DNA of 64,000 nt from Anaeramoeba ignava BMAN. Taxonomy: Eukaryota; Protista; Anaeramoebae. The position numbers and the translations under genes are program-made. Shown piece by piece: positions 12,971 to 24,152 of the stretch; positions within the stretch are counted from its first letter, which is position 1, and every line of letters starts with the position of its first letter. The notes under the pieces were generated by a model. It worked only from the letters and a program-made list of their open reading frames with translations, was not told the origin of the DNA and made no database searches. The stretch is taken from positions 1 through 64,000 of the forward strand of contig JAPDFW010000134.1 in assembly GCA_028826165.1 (NCBI GenBank), given 5' to 3'.

Positions 12971-15900
12971 ATGAACCCAAACGATAATTTACCTTCAACA
13001 AAAACTGGATGGTTAACAAAGCAAGGCGGTTCAAGAAAAAATTGGAGAAAAAGATATTTTGTTCTAAAAAATCATGAACTATCTTATTATGAAAAAGAAA
13101 TGGATTTTTCTGAATTGAAAAAAGCAACACCTTTAGGAGTAATAAATCTTGCTCATACTTCAATTAAACAAACTTTGCCAAAAGAAGTTTCCAAAAAAAA
13201 TTGCTTTAAAATTGAACATCCTTTATCAAGAACTTATTTTTGTTCAGCAAGTAATGAAAATCAAATGAATGAATGGATTTCAGTTTTAACTCAAACTATT
13301 AATTATATTCAAGTAAGTTTTTATTTCTTTTTTTTTTAATATCTCATTGTTTATTTTATCTATCTTTTTTAAATTTGCTATTTTTTTTTTGATAATATTT
13401 AATTTAAATTGAAAAATTTTTATTTTTATTTTTATAAAATTATTTTCTTTTGCTTTTTGTTCTTAAAAAATAATTTATTAGATCAAAAATAAATCAAGAA
13501 CCAGAACTAAAATAAATATAAATATAAATATAAATATAAATATAAATATAAATATAAATATAAATATAAATATAAATATAATTATAAATATAAATATAAA
13601 TATAAATATAAATATAAATATAAATATAAATATAAAATATAAATATAAATATAAATATAAATATAAAATATAAATATAAATATAAATATAAATATAAATA
13701 TAAATATAAATAAAATATAAATATAAAATATAAAATATAAATATAAATATAAATATATATAAATAAAAATATAAATATAAATCATAAATCTAAATATAAA
13801 TATAAAAAATACAAAATATAAAATATAAAATATAAATATAAAAATATAAATATAAAATATAAATATAAAATAAAACATAAAATATAAACTTAAATATAAA
13901 ATATAAATATAAAATAAAAAAATAAAAATAAAATAAAAAAAAACAAAAATAAAAATATAAAATATAAATATAAAAATAACATAAAAATAAAAAAAATATA
14001 TAAAATAAATATAAATATATAAATAAAAATATAAATATAAAATTATAAATATAAATAAAACATAAATATAAATATTTAAAATATAAATATATAAAATATA
14101 AATATAAATATAAAATATACAAAATATAAATATGAATATAAAATATAAAATATAAATTTAAATATAAATATAAATGTAAATATAAAATATAAAAATATAA
14201 ATATATAAATATAAATAAAAATAAAAATATATATATAAATATAAAAATATAAATATAAAAATATAAATAAAATATAAATATAAAATAAATATAAAAAAAT
14301 ATAAAATATAAAATATAAAATATAAATATAAAATATAAAATATAAATATAAAATATAAAATATAAATATAAATATAAAATATAAAATATAAATATAAAAT
14401 ATAAAAATAAAAATATAAAATAACATAAATATAAATATAAAATATAAAATATAAATATAAATAAATATAAATATAAATATAAAATATGAAATAAAAATAT
14501 AAATATAAATATAAATATAAATATAAATATAAAATATAAATATAAAATAAATATAAAATATAAATATATATAAATATAAAATATATAAATATAAAATATA
14601 AACATAAATATATAAAATATAAACATAAATAAAAAAAAATAAAATATAAATATAAAATAAATATATAAATATAAAATATAAAATAAAATATAAAACAAAA
14701 AATATAAATATAAATATAAAATAAATATATATATAAATATATAAATATGAAAAAAATATAAATATAAATATAAAATATCAAATAAAATATAAAATATAAA
14801 TATAAAAAATAAAAAATATAAATAATAAAATAAATATATAAATATAAATAAAATAAAAATATAAATATAAATATAAATATAAATATAAAATATAAAATAT
14901 AAATATAAATATAAATATAAATATAAAATATGAAATATAAAATATAAACATAAATAAAATATAAAAATATAAATATAAATATAAAATATCAAAATATAAA
15001 TAAAATATAAAATATAAATGTGATAAATATAAAATCTAAATATCAATCTAAATATCCAAAATATGAAATATAAAATATAAAATATATATATAATGTAATA
15101 TAAACATAAAATAAAATATAAATATAAAATAAATAAAAATATAAATATAAAAATAAAATATAAATATAAAATAAACATAAAATATAAATATAAATAAATA
15201 TAAAATATAAAAATATAAAAAAATAAAAATATAAAAATATAAATATAAACATATAAAATAAATAAAAAAATATAAACATAAATATAAATATAAATATAAA
15301 TATAAAAATAAAAAATATAAATATAAATATAAATATAAATAAAAATATAAATATAAAATATAAATATATAAAAATATAAATATAAATATAAAATAAATAT
15401 AATAAAAATATAAATATAAACATAAATATAAATATATAAATATAAAAACATAAATATAAATATAAAATAAATATAAATATAAATATAAAATATAAAAATA
15501 TAAAATATAAAATATAAAATAAATATAAATAATAAAATATAAATAAAATATAAATATAAATATAAAATATAAATATAAATATAATTATAAATATAATTAT
15601 AAATATAAATATAATTATAAAATATAAATATAAATATAATTATAAATATAAAATATAAATATAATAAAATATAAAATATAAATTTAAAAATATAAATATA
15701 AATCTAAAATATAAATATATAAATATAAAATATAAATATAAATATAAAATATAATTATAAATATAAAATATAAATATAAATATAAATATAAATATAAATA
15801 TAAATATAAAATAAATATAAATATAAATATAAAATCATAAATATAAAATATAAATATAAAAACATAAATATAAATATAAAAATATAAAATATAAAATAAA

Positions 15901-18658
15901 AAAAAATATAAATAAAATATAAATATATAAAATCAAAATATAAATATAAATATAAATATATATATAAAATATAAAAATATAATATAAAATATAAATATAA
16001 ATATAAATATAATATTAATATAAATATAAAATATAAAAATAAAAATATAAATATATAAATAAATATAAAATATAAATATAAAATATAAATATAAATATAA
16101 AATATAAATAAACATAAATAAAAAATAAATATAAATATAAAATAATAAAATATAAATATAAATATAAATATAAAATAAATATAAATATAAAAATATAAAA
16201 TATAAAAAATAAAATATATAAATATAAATATAAATATAAATATAAAAATATAAAATATAAATATAAATATAAATATAATAAATATAAATATAAAATATCT
16301 CTATAAATATAAAAAATATAAATATAAATATAAATATAATTAGTATAAATATAAATATAAATATAAATATATAAAAATAAAAATATAAATATAAATATAA
16401 ATATAAAATATAAATATAAATATAAATATAAAATATAAATATAAATATAAATATAAATATAAATATAAATATAAATATAAATATAAAAATATAAATATAA
16501 AATATAAATATAATTATAAATATAAAAATATAAATACAAAATAAATTATAAATATAAATATAAATACAAATATAATTATAAATATAAATAAAAATATAAA
16601 TATAAATACAAATATAAATGTAAATATAAATATAATTATAAATATGAATATAAATATAAATATAAATATAATTATAAATATGAATATAAATATAAATATA
16701 AATATAAATATAAATATAAATATAAATATAAATATAAATCTAATTATACTCAATTTTTTTATTTAAATATAGGCTACAATCCCCAAACATGAAGAAAAAA
16801 ATGATTGGTTAACAAAACAAGTAAAGAGAAATTTTTTTGAATTATAGAATAAAGAGAGAAATTAATTAAAATTAATTAAAATAGGGAGGAAAACATAAAT
16901 CATGGAAGAAAAGATATTTTATGTTGAAATATAACACATTATATTATTTTAATTCTCAATCTGTAAATTAAATGAAATTAAATGAAAAAATTTAAATTAA
17001 ATTAAATTAAATGAAATTAAAAAAGCAACTTGATAAACCATTAGGCCAGATAAATTTAGTCAATGCAAGTATAATCATGACAGATTATACAATTAACATT
17101 CCAAATAGTTTTGCAATTTTAAGTAAAAATCGAAGAACTTATATAATGTATGCGAATTCAGCACAAGAAAGAGATGAATGGATAACATCAATTAGACAAG
17201 CAAGAATATGTTTCATTAGTTCAGATGAAGATATAACAAAAATCACAAATACAAAAACTGAAGAATTTGCCAAAATTATTGAATCAAAAATTAGCACAGA
17301 TAAAATTATTGAAATTAGTCGTGAATGGGCTAAAAAACGCCCACTTGGTCTTTGTGATTTTGAAGATTTTCTTGATATAATGAAAGATTTAAGTTTTAAA
17401 AGTGATACAAATAATCTTCAAAACTTTTTTGGAAAATTTGATTTTCAAGGAACTAGAACAATTGATCATCATCCTTTATTTATTGGAGCAATTTTATTTA
17501 ATAATAATTTGGATCCAAAACAAAAACTTAATAGTATATTATTTTATAATTAAAAATCAAAATTAAAATTAAAATTAAAATTAAAATTAAAATTAAAATT
17601 AAAATTCATTTTGAAATTAAAATTATATTTAAAATTCATTTATAAAATTAAAATTATATTTAAAATTAAAATTAAAATTAAAATTAAAATTAAAATTAAA
17701 ATTAAAATCAAAATCAAAATTAAAATTCATTTATAAAATTAAAATTAAAATTAAAATTAAAATTAAAATTAAAATTTAAATCTATTTTGAAATTAAATTT
17801 AAAATTCATTTATAAAATTAAAATTAAAATTAAAATTAAAATTAAAATTTAAAATTCATTTATAAAATTAAAATTAAAAATTCATTTATAAAATTAAAAT
17901 TAAAATTCATTTTGAAATTAAAATTAAAATTAAAATTAAAATTAAAATTATATTTAAAATTTAAATCTATTTTGAAATTAAAATTAAAATTCATTTTGAA
18001 ATTAAAATTAAAATTCATTTTGAAAATTAAAATTAAAATTAAAATTAAAAATTAAAATTAAAATTAAAATTAAAATTAAAATTATATTTAAAATTTAAAT
18101 CTATTTTGAAATTAAAATTAAAATTATATTTAAAATTTAAATCTATTTTGAAAATTAATTTTGAAATTAAAATTAAAATTAAAATTAAAATTAAAATTAA
18201 AATTAAAATTAAAATTCATTTATAAAATTAAAATTAAAATTAAAATTGAAATTAAAATTTAAATCTATTTTGAAAATTAATTTTGAAAATTAATATAAAA
18301 ATTGTTAGTTGTGTTTAATTTATATGATTTAAATGGAACAGGAAACATTGATTTTAAAGAATTAGTTTCAATTTTTTGTTCATTTGATCAAGCATTAATT
18401 GATCCAACAGAAGATCAACAACAACAACAAAATCAAAAAAAAAAATCAGAAAAAAAAATGGGAAATGAAACATTTGATTCAACAGAAACAATTTCACTTT
18501 TTGCAACTGATAACGCTTGTGAACTTTTTAAACAAACTCATAAAGACCCAAACAAAGATAAAATTACAGAAAATGAATTTGTATCTCGTTTACTTTTCTT
18601 TCATTTTGGAATTTCCTCTCGTTTAAAAATTGGGCATTTTTTGAAGACTCAAAAATAA
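12971..18658 (+). CDS. Tandem PH-PH plus EF-hand (calcineurin-B/NCS-like) protein
   Basis: Exons 12971-13312, 16773-16820, 16885-16962, 17026-17533 and 18309-18658, all GT-AG and in frame. PH motifs [18 protein letters not shown] and WLTKQ|[12 protein letters not shown]; EF loop [13 protein letters not shown]. Confidence 0.85.
13510..16740 (+). repeat. AAATAT-type satellite within the 3460-nt intron 13313-16772
   Basis: About 3.2 kb of aaatat/aaaatat units with almost no G. Confidence 0.9.
17550..18300 (+). repeat. AAAATT satellite within the 775-nt intron 17534-18308
   Basis: aaaatt hexamers with interspersed aaattcatttt/aaatctatttt variants. Confidence 0.9.
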
Positions 18659-18936
18659 AAAAGAAGAAAAAAGTTTTTTTAATTTAATTTAATTTAATTT
18701 AATTTAATTTAATTTAATTTAATAGTCTTCTTTTATCTTTTATTTTGATGTTTTTGATTTTGAATCTCATCAGAAAGTTTCTTTAAATAAATATGGCATT
18801 TATTTAAAAAAAAAAAAAGCAAAAAAAAAAAAATTTTTTTTAGATTAAAAAAATGATCAAATCATTTTTTTTCTTTTTAATTTGATTAATAATTTGATTA
18901 ATAATTTAATTAATTAATTTAATTGAAAAAATAATA

Positions 18937-19821
18937 ATGAGTTGGCTTTTTATTTTTTCTTCATTTTTTTTGTTATTTTTAACTTCAAACACACTCCATA
19001 ATTCAATACTTCTTGGTCTTTCATATGATTTAGATTCACAAAATCAATCGATAATTCAAATTGATTTAAAAACAAATGAAATGAAAGAAATAGCAACATT
19101 TCCCGAAGCAATTTACGCACTAGCAGAATATTCTGACATGAAGAAATCGCAACAAACCTATTTAGTTGCAATGGATACTTGGTATTTCAAAAATTATGAT
19201 GCATATAATGGTTCATGCACTTCAAAATTCTCAATTGATTATCCTTCCTTTATGAATACAGTTTTCAGTATAAATGACAATAAAGCATATTGTATTGTGA
19301 GTGATAACACCAATTTCCATATTGCCTCAGTCGACCCAGTCAGTCAGAAAATGTCTATTCTCATGACCCTTGATTCTTCTTTGGGAGTTATTCTTAATAT
19401 CAAAGCCTTTAATACTAAAACTAATGACTACTATTCCCTGGTCGACAACGGAAAGCCCAATTCTTCCCTTCTAATCGCCCATATTTCCTCTCAGACTTAT
19501 GATATCATCGACCTTGATATTGATGTCGATGGAATTATTTATTCCCCACAAAATGATGTTCTTTATGGAAACAATGGAGACTCAATTTTTACCATTGATC
19601 CCAATTCAGGTCGTTCAAGTCTCCTTATTAATGGTCTTATTGGTATCCCTGAAATGGATTCCATCGCTCTAGACCCTTCAAACTTAATCGTTTATCTCGC
19701 AAGACAAGATTTTGAGCAAGTTTTCGTTTTTGGTTACGATTTGAAAACTAAAAACCAAGTTTTCAAGATGGAAATTCCTTTTTCTTTTAGGTTCTTATCT
19801 TTTTTTCAAGGAAATAATTAA
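18937..19821 (+). CDS. Secreted protein of unknown function, possibly beta-propeller
   Basis: Intronless 294-aa ORF with hydrophobic N-terminal signal peptide and repeated strand/turn motifs (IIQIDLKT, SIFTIDPNSG, IALDPSN). The fold is inference. Confidence 0.65.
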   Translation: MSWLFIFSSFFLLFLTSNTLHNSILLGLSYDLDSQNQSIIQIDLKTNEMKEIATFPEAIYALAEYSDMKKSQQTYLVAMDTWYFKNYDAYNGSCTSKFSIDYPSFMNTVFSINDNKAYCIVSDNTNFHIASVDPVSQKMSILMTLDSSLGVILNIKAFNTKTNDYYSLVDNGKPNSSLLIAHISSQTYDIIDLDIDVDGIIYSPQNDVLYGNNGDSIFTIDPNSGRSSLLINGLIGIPEMDSIALDPSNLIVYLARQDFEQVFVFGYDLKTKNQVFKMEIPFSFRFLSFFQGNN

Positions 19822-20252
19822 TCCAAAAAAAAAGTTCCAAAAAAAAAATTTTTTCTTTCTTTCTTTCTTTCTTTTTAAAAATTGGAAATCAAAAGAAATA
19901 TGAGAGTTTTAAATTTCTTTTGATTTAAAAAAAAAAGGAAAATAAAAAGAAAAAAAAAAGGATTAATTATTTTTTTTTCTCTCTTTTTTTTTAATTGAAA
20001 ATTTCTCAAGGTTTCTATTATTTTTATCTTTTTTTAATGAAAAAAATAAATGCATTTGAGTCTTTGATACATTTGAAAAATTTCTCAATTTCTTTTAATT
20101 TTTGTAAATCCTCCAAAGATAATCTTATTTTTTGCAAATTTGATAAAAAAGATTTTGAATATTAATTCTAATTTTTAAATCTTATTTATTTTAATAAAAA
20201 AAAGCAAAAAAAAAAAATCTTTTTTTAATTTTTTAAATTAAATTAAATTAAA

Positions 20253-23200
20253 TTAAATGTAATCAATCATTGATTTGGAATTTAATTGATAAAAATCTTT
20301 TAAATTTTGAATCTCTTTTCGATTAATTTCTTTTGTTTCATCAAATTTATCATGATAAAGAAAATAAATTAATTGATGAATTGTTTCAAATGATTTTCTT
20401 GAATAATCATGAACTTGATTACTTGAATCTGAAACATTCAAAAACATTCCTTTAAATAATTCACTTCTTAATAATAATATTAATTTATGAACTTTAATTT
20501 CTTTTTCTTCAACAATTATTGTAAAATCTTTTGTTGATTCCTGTTGATATAATTTATGGAAATCTTTCAATATTCCTTTTCTTCCTTTTTTTGAATCAAA
20601 TTCTTCTAAAAATTCTTGGAAAAATTCTCTTGTTTTCTTTTCATTTTCTTCAATTTCTTTGAGTATTAACTTTGGTTCTTGACTGTCTCTCCAAAAATAA
20701 TAAATGGGATTTTTTTCATTTTGTTTTGATTGATGTGTAAATATATCAATAATTTTGGAGAAATCAAAAAAACCAGTATAAAGGAAATTTAAGGCAAGTT
20801 TAACAATTTCTTTTGGTTTTTGCGAACAAATATTGATAAATTTTTGTAAAAGAGAATCATTGTTATTAAATCGTGTTAATAAAATCAATTTATGAACTTT
20901 AAATTTTGCAAAATCATTTGATTGAATTGATAAATCTGAAAAATTATCATTTGAATTCAATAAAATATCCAAATCTTGATTAAAAGAATAAACCCTCAAA
21001 AATGAATCAACAAACTCTTTTTTGATTTCTCTTTCTTGTAAATCATAAATATCAACATCATTCTTGAGAAAAAACTGAATATTTTGTGTTTTATTATGCA
21101 TGATTGAAATTGAAAGAGGAGTTTCATTTTCTTTAGTTTTTGAATTAATATCAGCTCCTTTTGAAATCAAATATTCAATAATTTCAATTGACACATTTTG
21201 ACGACAAGTTAAATGCAAAGCATTTTCATTTCTTCGAGTTTTTGCATGAATATCAGCTCCTTTTTCAACTAAATATTCAATTATATTAAGTGGAAACTGT
21301 CTTTCACAAGCAGAATGAAAAATTGTGTAATGAGAAGAAGTTTTGACATTAATATCTATTCCTTTTTCAACTAAATATTTGATTATTTCAAATGATGGAA
21401 TATTTTGACAAAGAAAATGTAAAGCTGTTTCGTTTTCATTTGTTTTTGCATTAATATCAACCCCTTTTTCAACAAGAAATTTGATAATTTCAAATGAGGG
21501 TTTGAGATTTAAACAAGCAAAATGCAAAGCTGTTTGATTACCACTTTTGGCTTTAATATCAGCTCCTTTTTCAACCAAAAGTTGGATAACTTCATATGAT
21601 CGATATTTTTTACAAGCAAAATGCAAAGCTGTTTCATTTTGATTTGTTTTAACATTAATATTGATTCCTTTTTCGATTAAATATTTAACAACTTCAATAG
21701 ATACTTCATTTTGAAAAGCAAAATGTAAAGCTGTTTGGTTTTGATCTGTTTTTGCATTAATATCAGCTCCTTTTTCAATTAAATATTTAACAACTTCAAT
21801 AGATACTTCATTTTGAAAAGCAAAATGTAAAGCTGTTTGACTTTGATCTGTTTTTGCATTAATATCAGCTCCTTTTTCAACCAAAAACTTGATAAGTTTA
21901 AATGATGGATTATTTTGGCAAAGAAAATGTAAAGCTGTTTCGTTTTCACTTGTTTTTGCATTAATATCAACCCCTTTTTCAATTAAATAATCAATTAATT
22001 GAGGAGATGCGGAATACTGGCAAATAAGATGTAAAACTGTTTCGTTTTGGTCTGTTTTTGCATTAATATCAACTCCTTTTTCAACAAAATACTTAATGAT
22101 TTCAAGTGGTGTGCCATTTTGACAAGCAAGATGTAAAACAGTTTGATTTTGATAACTTGTTTTGGCATTTATATCAATTCCTTTTTCAACTAAAAATTTG
22201 ATCATTTCAAAAGAACGGTTATATTCTACAGCAATATGCAAGGCTGTGTTATTTAGGTTTGTTTTGGAATTAATATCTACTCCTTTTTCAATCAGATATT
22301 CAATAATTGGAAGAGATAAATTAGATCGACAAGCAAAATGCAAAAGTGTTTCATTTTGATCTGTTTTCTCATTAATATCTACTCCTTTGGAAACTAAATA
22401 CTCGATGATTTCAATAGAAATGTTTGGATTTTGGAAAAGAGAATGCAAAATTGAATCACCAAAAGTTGCTTTTGCATTTATATCAGCTCCATTTTCAACT
22501 AAATATTGAATAATTTCCAAAGATGAACTAAATTCACAAGCAATATGCAAAGCTGTTATATTTAAATGTGTTGTTGCATTGATATTGATTCCGTTTGCAA
22601 CAAATAAGTTGAGGATTTTAATTGGAGGATTGTATTGACAAATATGATGTAAAGAATTAGAACCATTTATTGTTTTTGCATTGATATCAATTCCTTTGGA
22701 GATCAAGTATTCAATAATTTCATATTTTGGGTTTGATTCACAAGCAAAATATAAAGCGTTTTGTCCATAGTTTGTTTTTGCATTAATATCAATTCCTTTT
22801 GAAACTAAATATTCAATAACTTCAAGGGATGAATTACCTTGGCAAGCAAAATGTAAAGCTGAAAAATTTTCTTGTGTTTTGGCGTTAATATCAATTCCTT
22901 TTGAAACTAAATATTCAATAACTTCTATTGAAATGTTTGAAGATAAACAAGCAAAATGTAAAGGTGTTTTATAATTATATGACTTTTCATTAACATCTAT
23001 TCCCTTTTCAACTAAGCAATCAAGAACTTCAAGAGGAATATTAGAATTTATGCAAGCAGAATGTAAAACAGATTCATTTTGATTTGTTTTTGCATGAACA
23101 TCTATTCCTTTTTCTATTAAATATTCAATAATTTCTATTGAAATATTTGGATTTTTGCAAGCAAAATGTAAAACAGATTCATCTTGATTTGTTTTTGCGT

Positions 23201-24086
23201 TAATATCAATTCCTTTTGAAACTAAATATTTAATAATTTCTATTGAAATATTTGGATTTTTGCAAGCAAAATGTAAAACAGATTCATTTTGATTTGTTTT
23301 TGCATTAATATCAATTCCTTTTGAAACTAAATATTTAATAATTTCTATTGAAATATTTGGATTCTTGCAAGCAAAATGTAAAACAGATTCATTTTGATTT
23401 GTTTTTGCATTAATATCAATTCCTTTTGGAACTAAATATTTAATAATTTCTATTGAAATATTTGGATTCTTGCAAGCAAAATGTAAAACAGATTCATCTT
23501 GATTTGTTTTGGCATTAATATCAATTCCTTTTGAAACTAAATATTTAATAATTTCTATTGAAATATTTGGATTCTTGCAAGCAAAATGTAAAACAGATTC
23601 ATCTTGATTTGTTTTTGCATTAATATCAATTCCTTTTGAAACTAAATATTCAATAATTTCTATTGAAATATTTGGGTTTTTGCAAGCAAAATGTAAAACA
23701 GATTCATCTTGATTTGTTTTGGCATTAATATCAATTCCTTTTGAAACTAAATATTTAATAACTTCTATTGAAATATTTGGATTCTTGCAAGCAAAATGTA
23801 AAACAGATTCATCTTGATTTGTTTTGGCATTAATATCAATTCCTTTTGAAACTAAATATTTAATAATTTCTATTGAGCTATTTTGACAAGCAAAATGAAA
23901 AGGTGTTTTTCCTTTTATATCTTTTGAATTAATATCTATTCCTTTTTCTATTAAATATTTAATAATTTCTATTGAAACTTTTTTTATAATTGCGAAGTTA
24001 AGGATATTATCTTCTTCTTTTAAATTTGTTTCAAATGTTTTTAATTTTTCAATTTGATTTTTTTCAATAATCTCAAATATATTCAT
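20253..24086 (-). CDS. Ankyrin-repeat protein with C-terminal tandem BTB/POZ domains
   Basis: Intact 1277-aa ORF with about 28 ankyrin repeats (T.LHFAC...YLV.KG.DINAK), then FSDLSI...FKVHKLILLTR and KDFTIIVEEKEIKVHKLILLLRSELFKGMF. Confidence 0.92.
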   Translation of the reverse strand: MNIFEIIEKNQIEKLKTFETNLKEEDNILNFAIIKKVSIEIIKYLIEKGIDINSKDIKGKTPFHFACQNSSIEIIKYLVSKGIDINAKTNQDESVLHFACKNPNISIEVIKYLVSKGIDINAKTNQDESVLHFACKNPNISIEIIEYLVSKGIDINAKTNQDESVLHFACKNPNISIEIIKYLVSKGIDINAKTNQDESVLHFACKNPNISIEIIKYLVPKGIDINAKTNQNESVLHFACKNPNISIEIIKYLVSKGIDINAKTNQNESVLHFACKNPNISIEIIKYLVSKGIDINAKTNQDESVLHFACKNPNISIEIIEYLIEKGIDVHAKTNQNESVLHSACINSNIPLEVLDCLVEKGIDVNEKSYNYKTPLHFACLSSNISIEVIEYLVSKGIDINAKTQENFSALHFACQGNSSLEVIEYLVSKGIDINAKTNYGQNALYFACESNPKYEIIEYLISKGIDINAKTINGSNSLHHICQYNPPIKILNLFVANGININATTHLNITALHIACEFSSSLEIIQYLVENGADINAKATFGDSILHSLFQNPNISIEIIEYLVSKGVDINEKTDQNETLLHFACRSNLSLPIIEYLIEKGVDINSKTNLNNTALHIAVEYNRSFEMIKFLVEKGIDINAKTSYQNQTVLHLACQNGTPLEIIKYFVEKGVDINAKTDQNETVLHLICQYSASPQLIDYLIEKGVDINAKTSENETALHFLCQNNPSFKLIKFLVEKGADINAKTDQSQTALHFAFQNEVSIEVVKYLIEKGADINAKTDQNQTALHFAFQNEVSIEVVKYLIEKGININVKTNQNETALHFACKKYRSYEVIQLLVEKGADIKAKSGNQTALHFACLNLKPSFEIIKFLVEKGVDINAKTNENETALHFLCQNIPSFEIIKYLVEKGIDINVKTSSHYTIFHSACERQFPLNIIEYLVEKGADIHAKTRRNENALHLTCRQNVSIEIIEYLISKGADINSKTKENETPLSISIMHNKTQNIQFFLKNDVDIYDLQEREIKKEFVDSFLRVYSFNQDLDILLNSNDNFSDLSIQSNDFAKFKVHKLILLTRFNNNDSLLQKFINICSQKPKEIVKLALNFLYTGFFDFSKIIDIFTHQSKQNEKNPIYYFWRDSQEPKLILKEIEENEKKTREFFQEFLEEFDSKKGRKGILKDFHKLYQQESTKDFTIIVEEKEIKVHKLILLLRSELFKGMFLNVSDSSNQVHDYSRKSFETIHQLIYFLYHDKFDETKEINRKEIQNLKDFYQLNSKSMIDYI
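23056..23880 (-). repeat. 105-nt (35-aa) near-identical tandem ankyrin units
   Basis: gcaaaatgtaaaacagattc recurs with a 105-nt period (e.g. 23161, 23371, 23581, 23791); seven near-identical units plus a diverged one. Confidence 0.9.
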
Positions 24087-24152
24087 TTGTAGAAAAAAAA
24101 TGAAAAAAATGAAAAATGGAAAATTATTTTTTTCATTTTTTACTTTTCAAAA
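24087..24152. promoter_or_regulatory. 66-bp bidirectional promoter with TCATTTT initiator-like motifs on both strands
   Basis: Divergent ATGs at 24086 (-) and 24153 (+); aaaatga motifs facing left and ttcattttt facing right. Confidence 0.55.

Noticed and set aside
13582-16753. Long I/F/Y/L-rich ORFs (up to 553 aa), and similar ORFs at 45002-45934, 46262-46882 and 61588-63164
   Set aside because: They are stop-free readings of intronic satellites; the flanking exons splice in frame around them.
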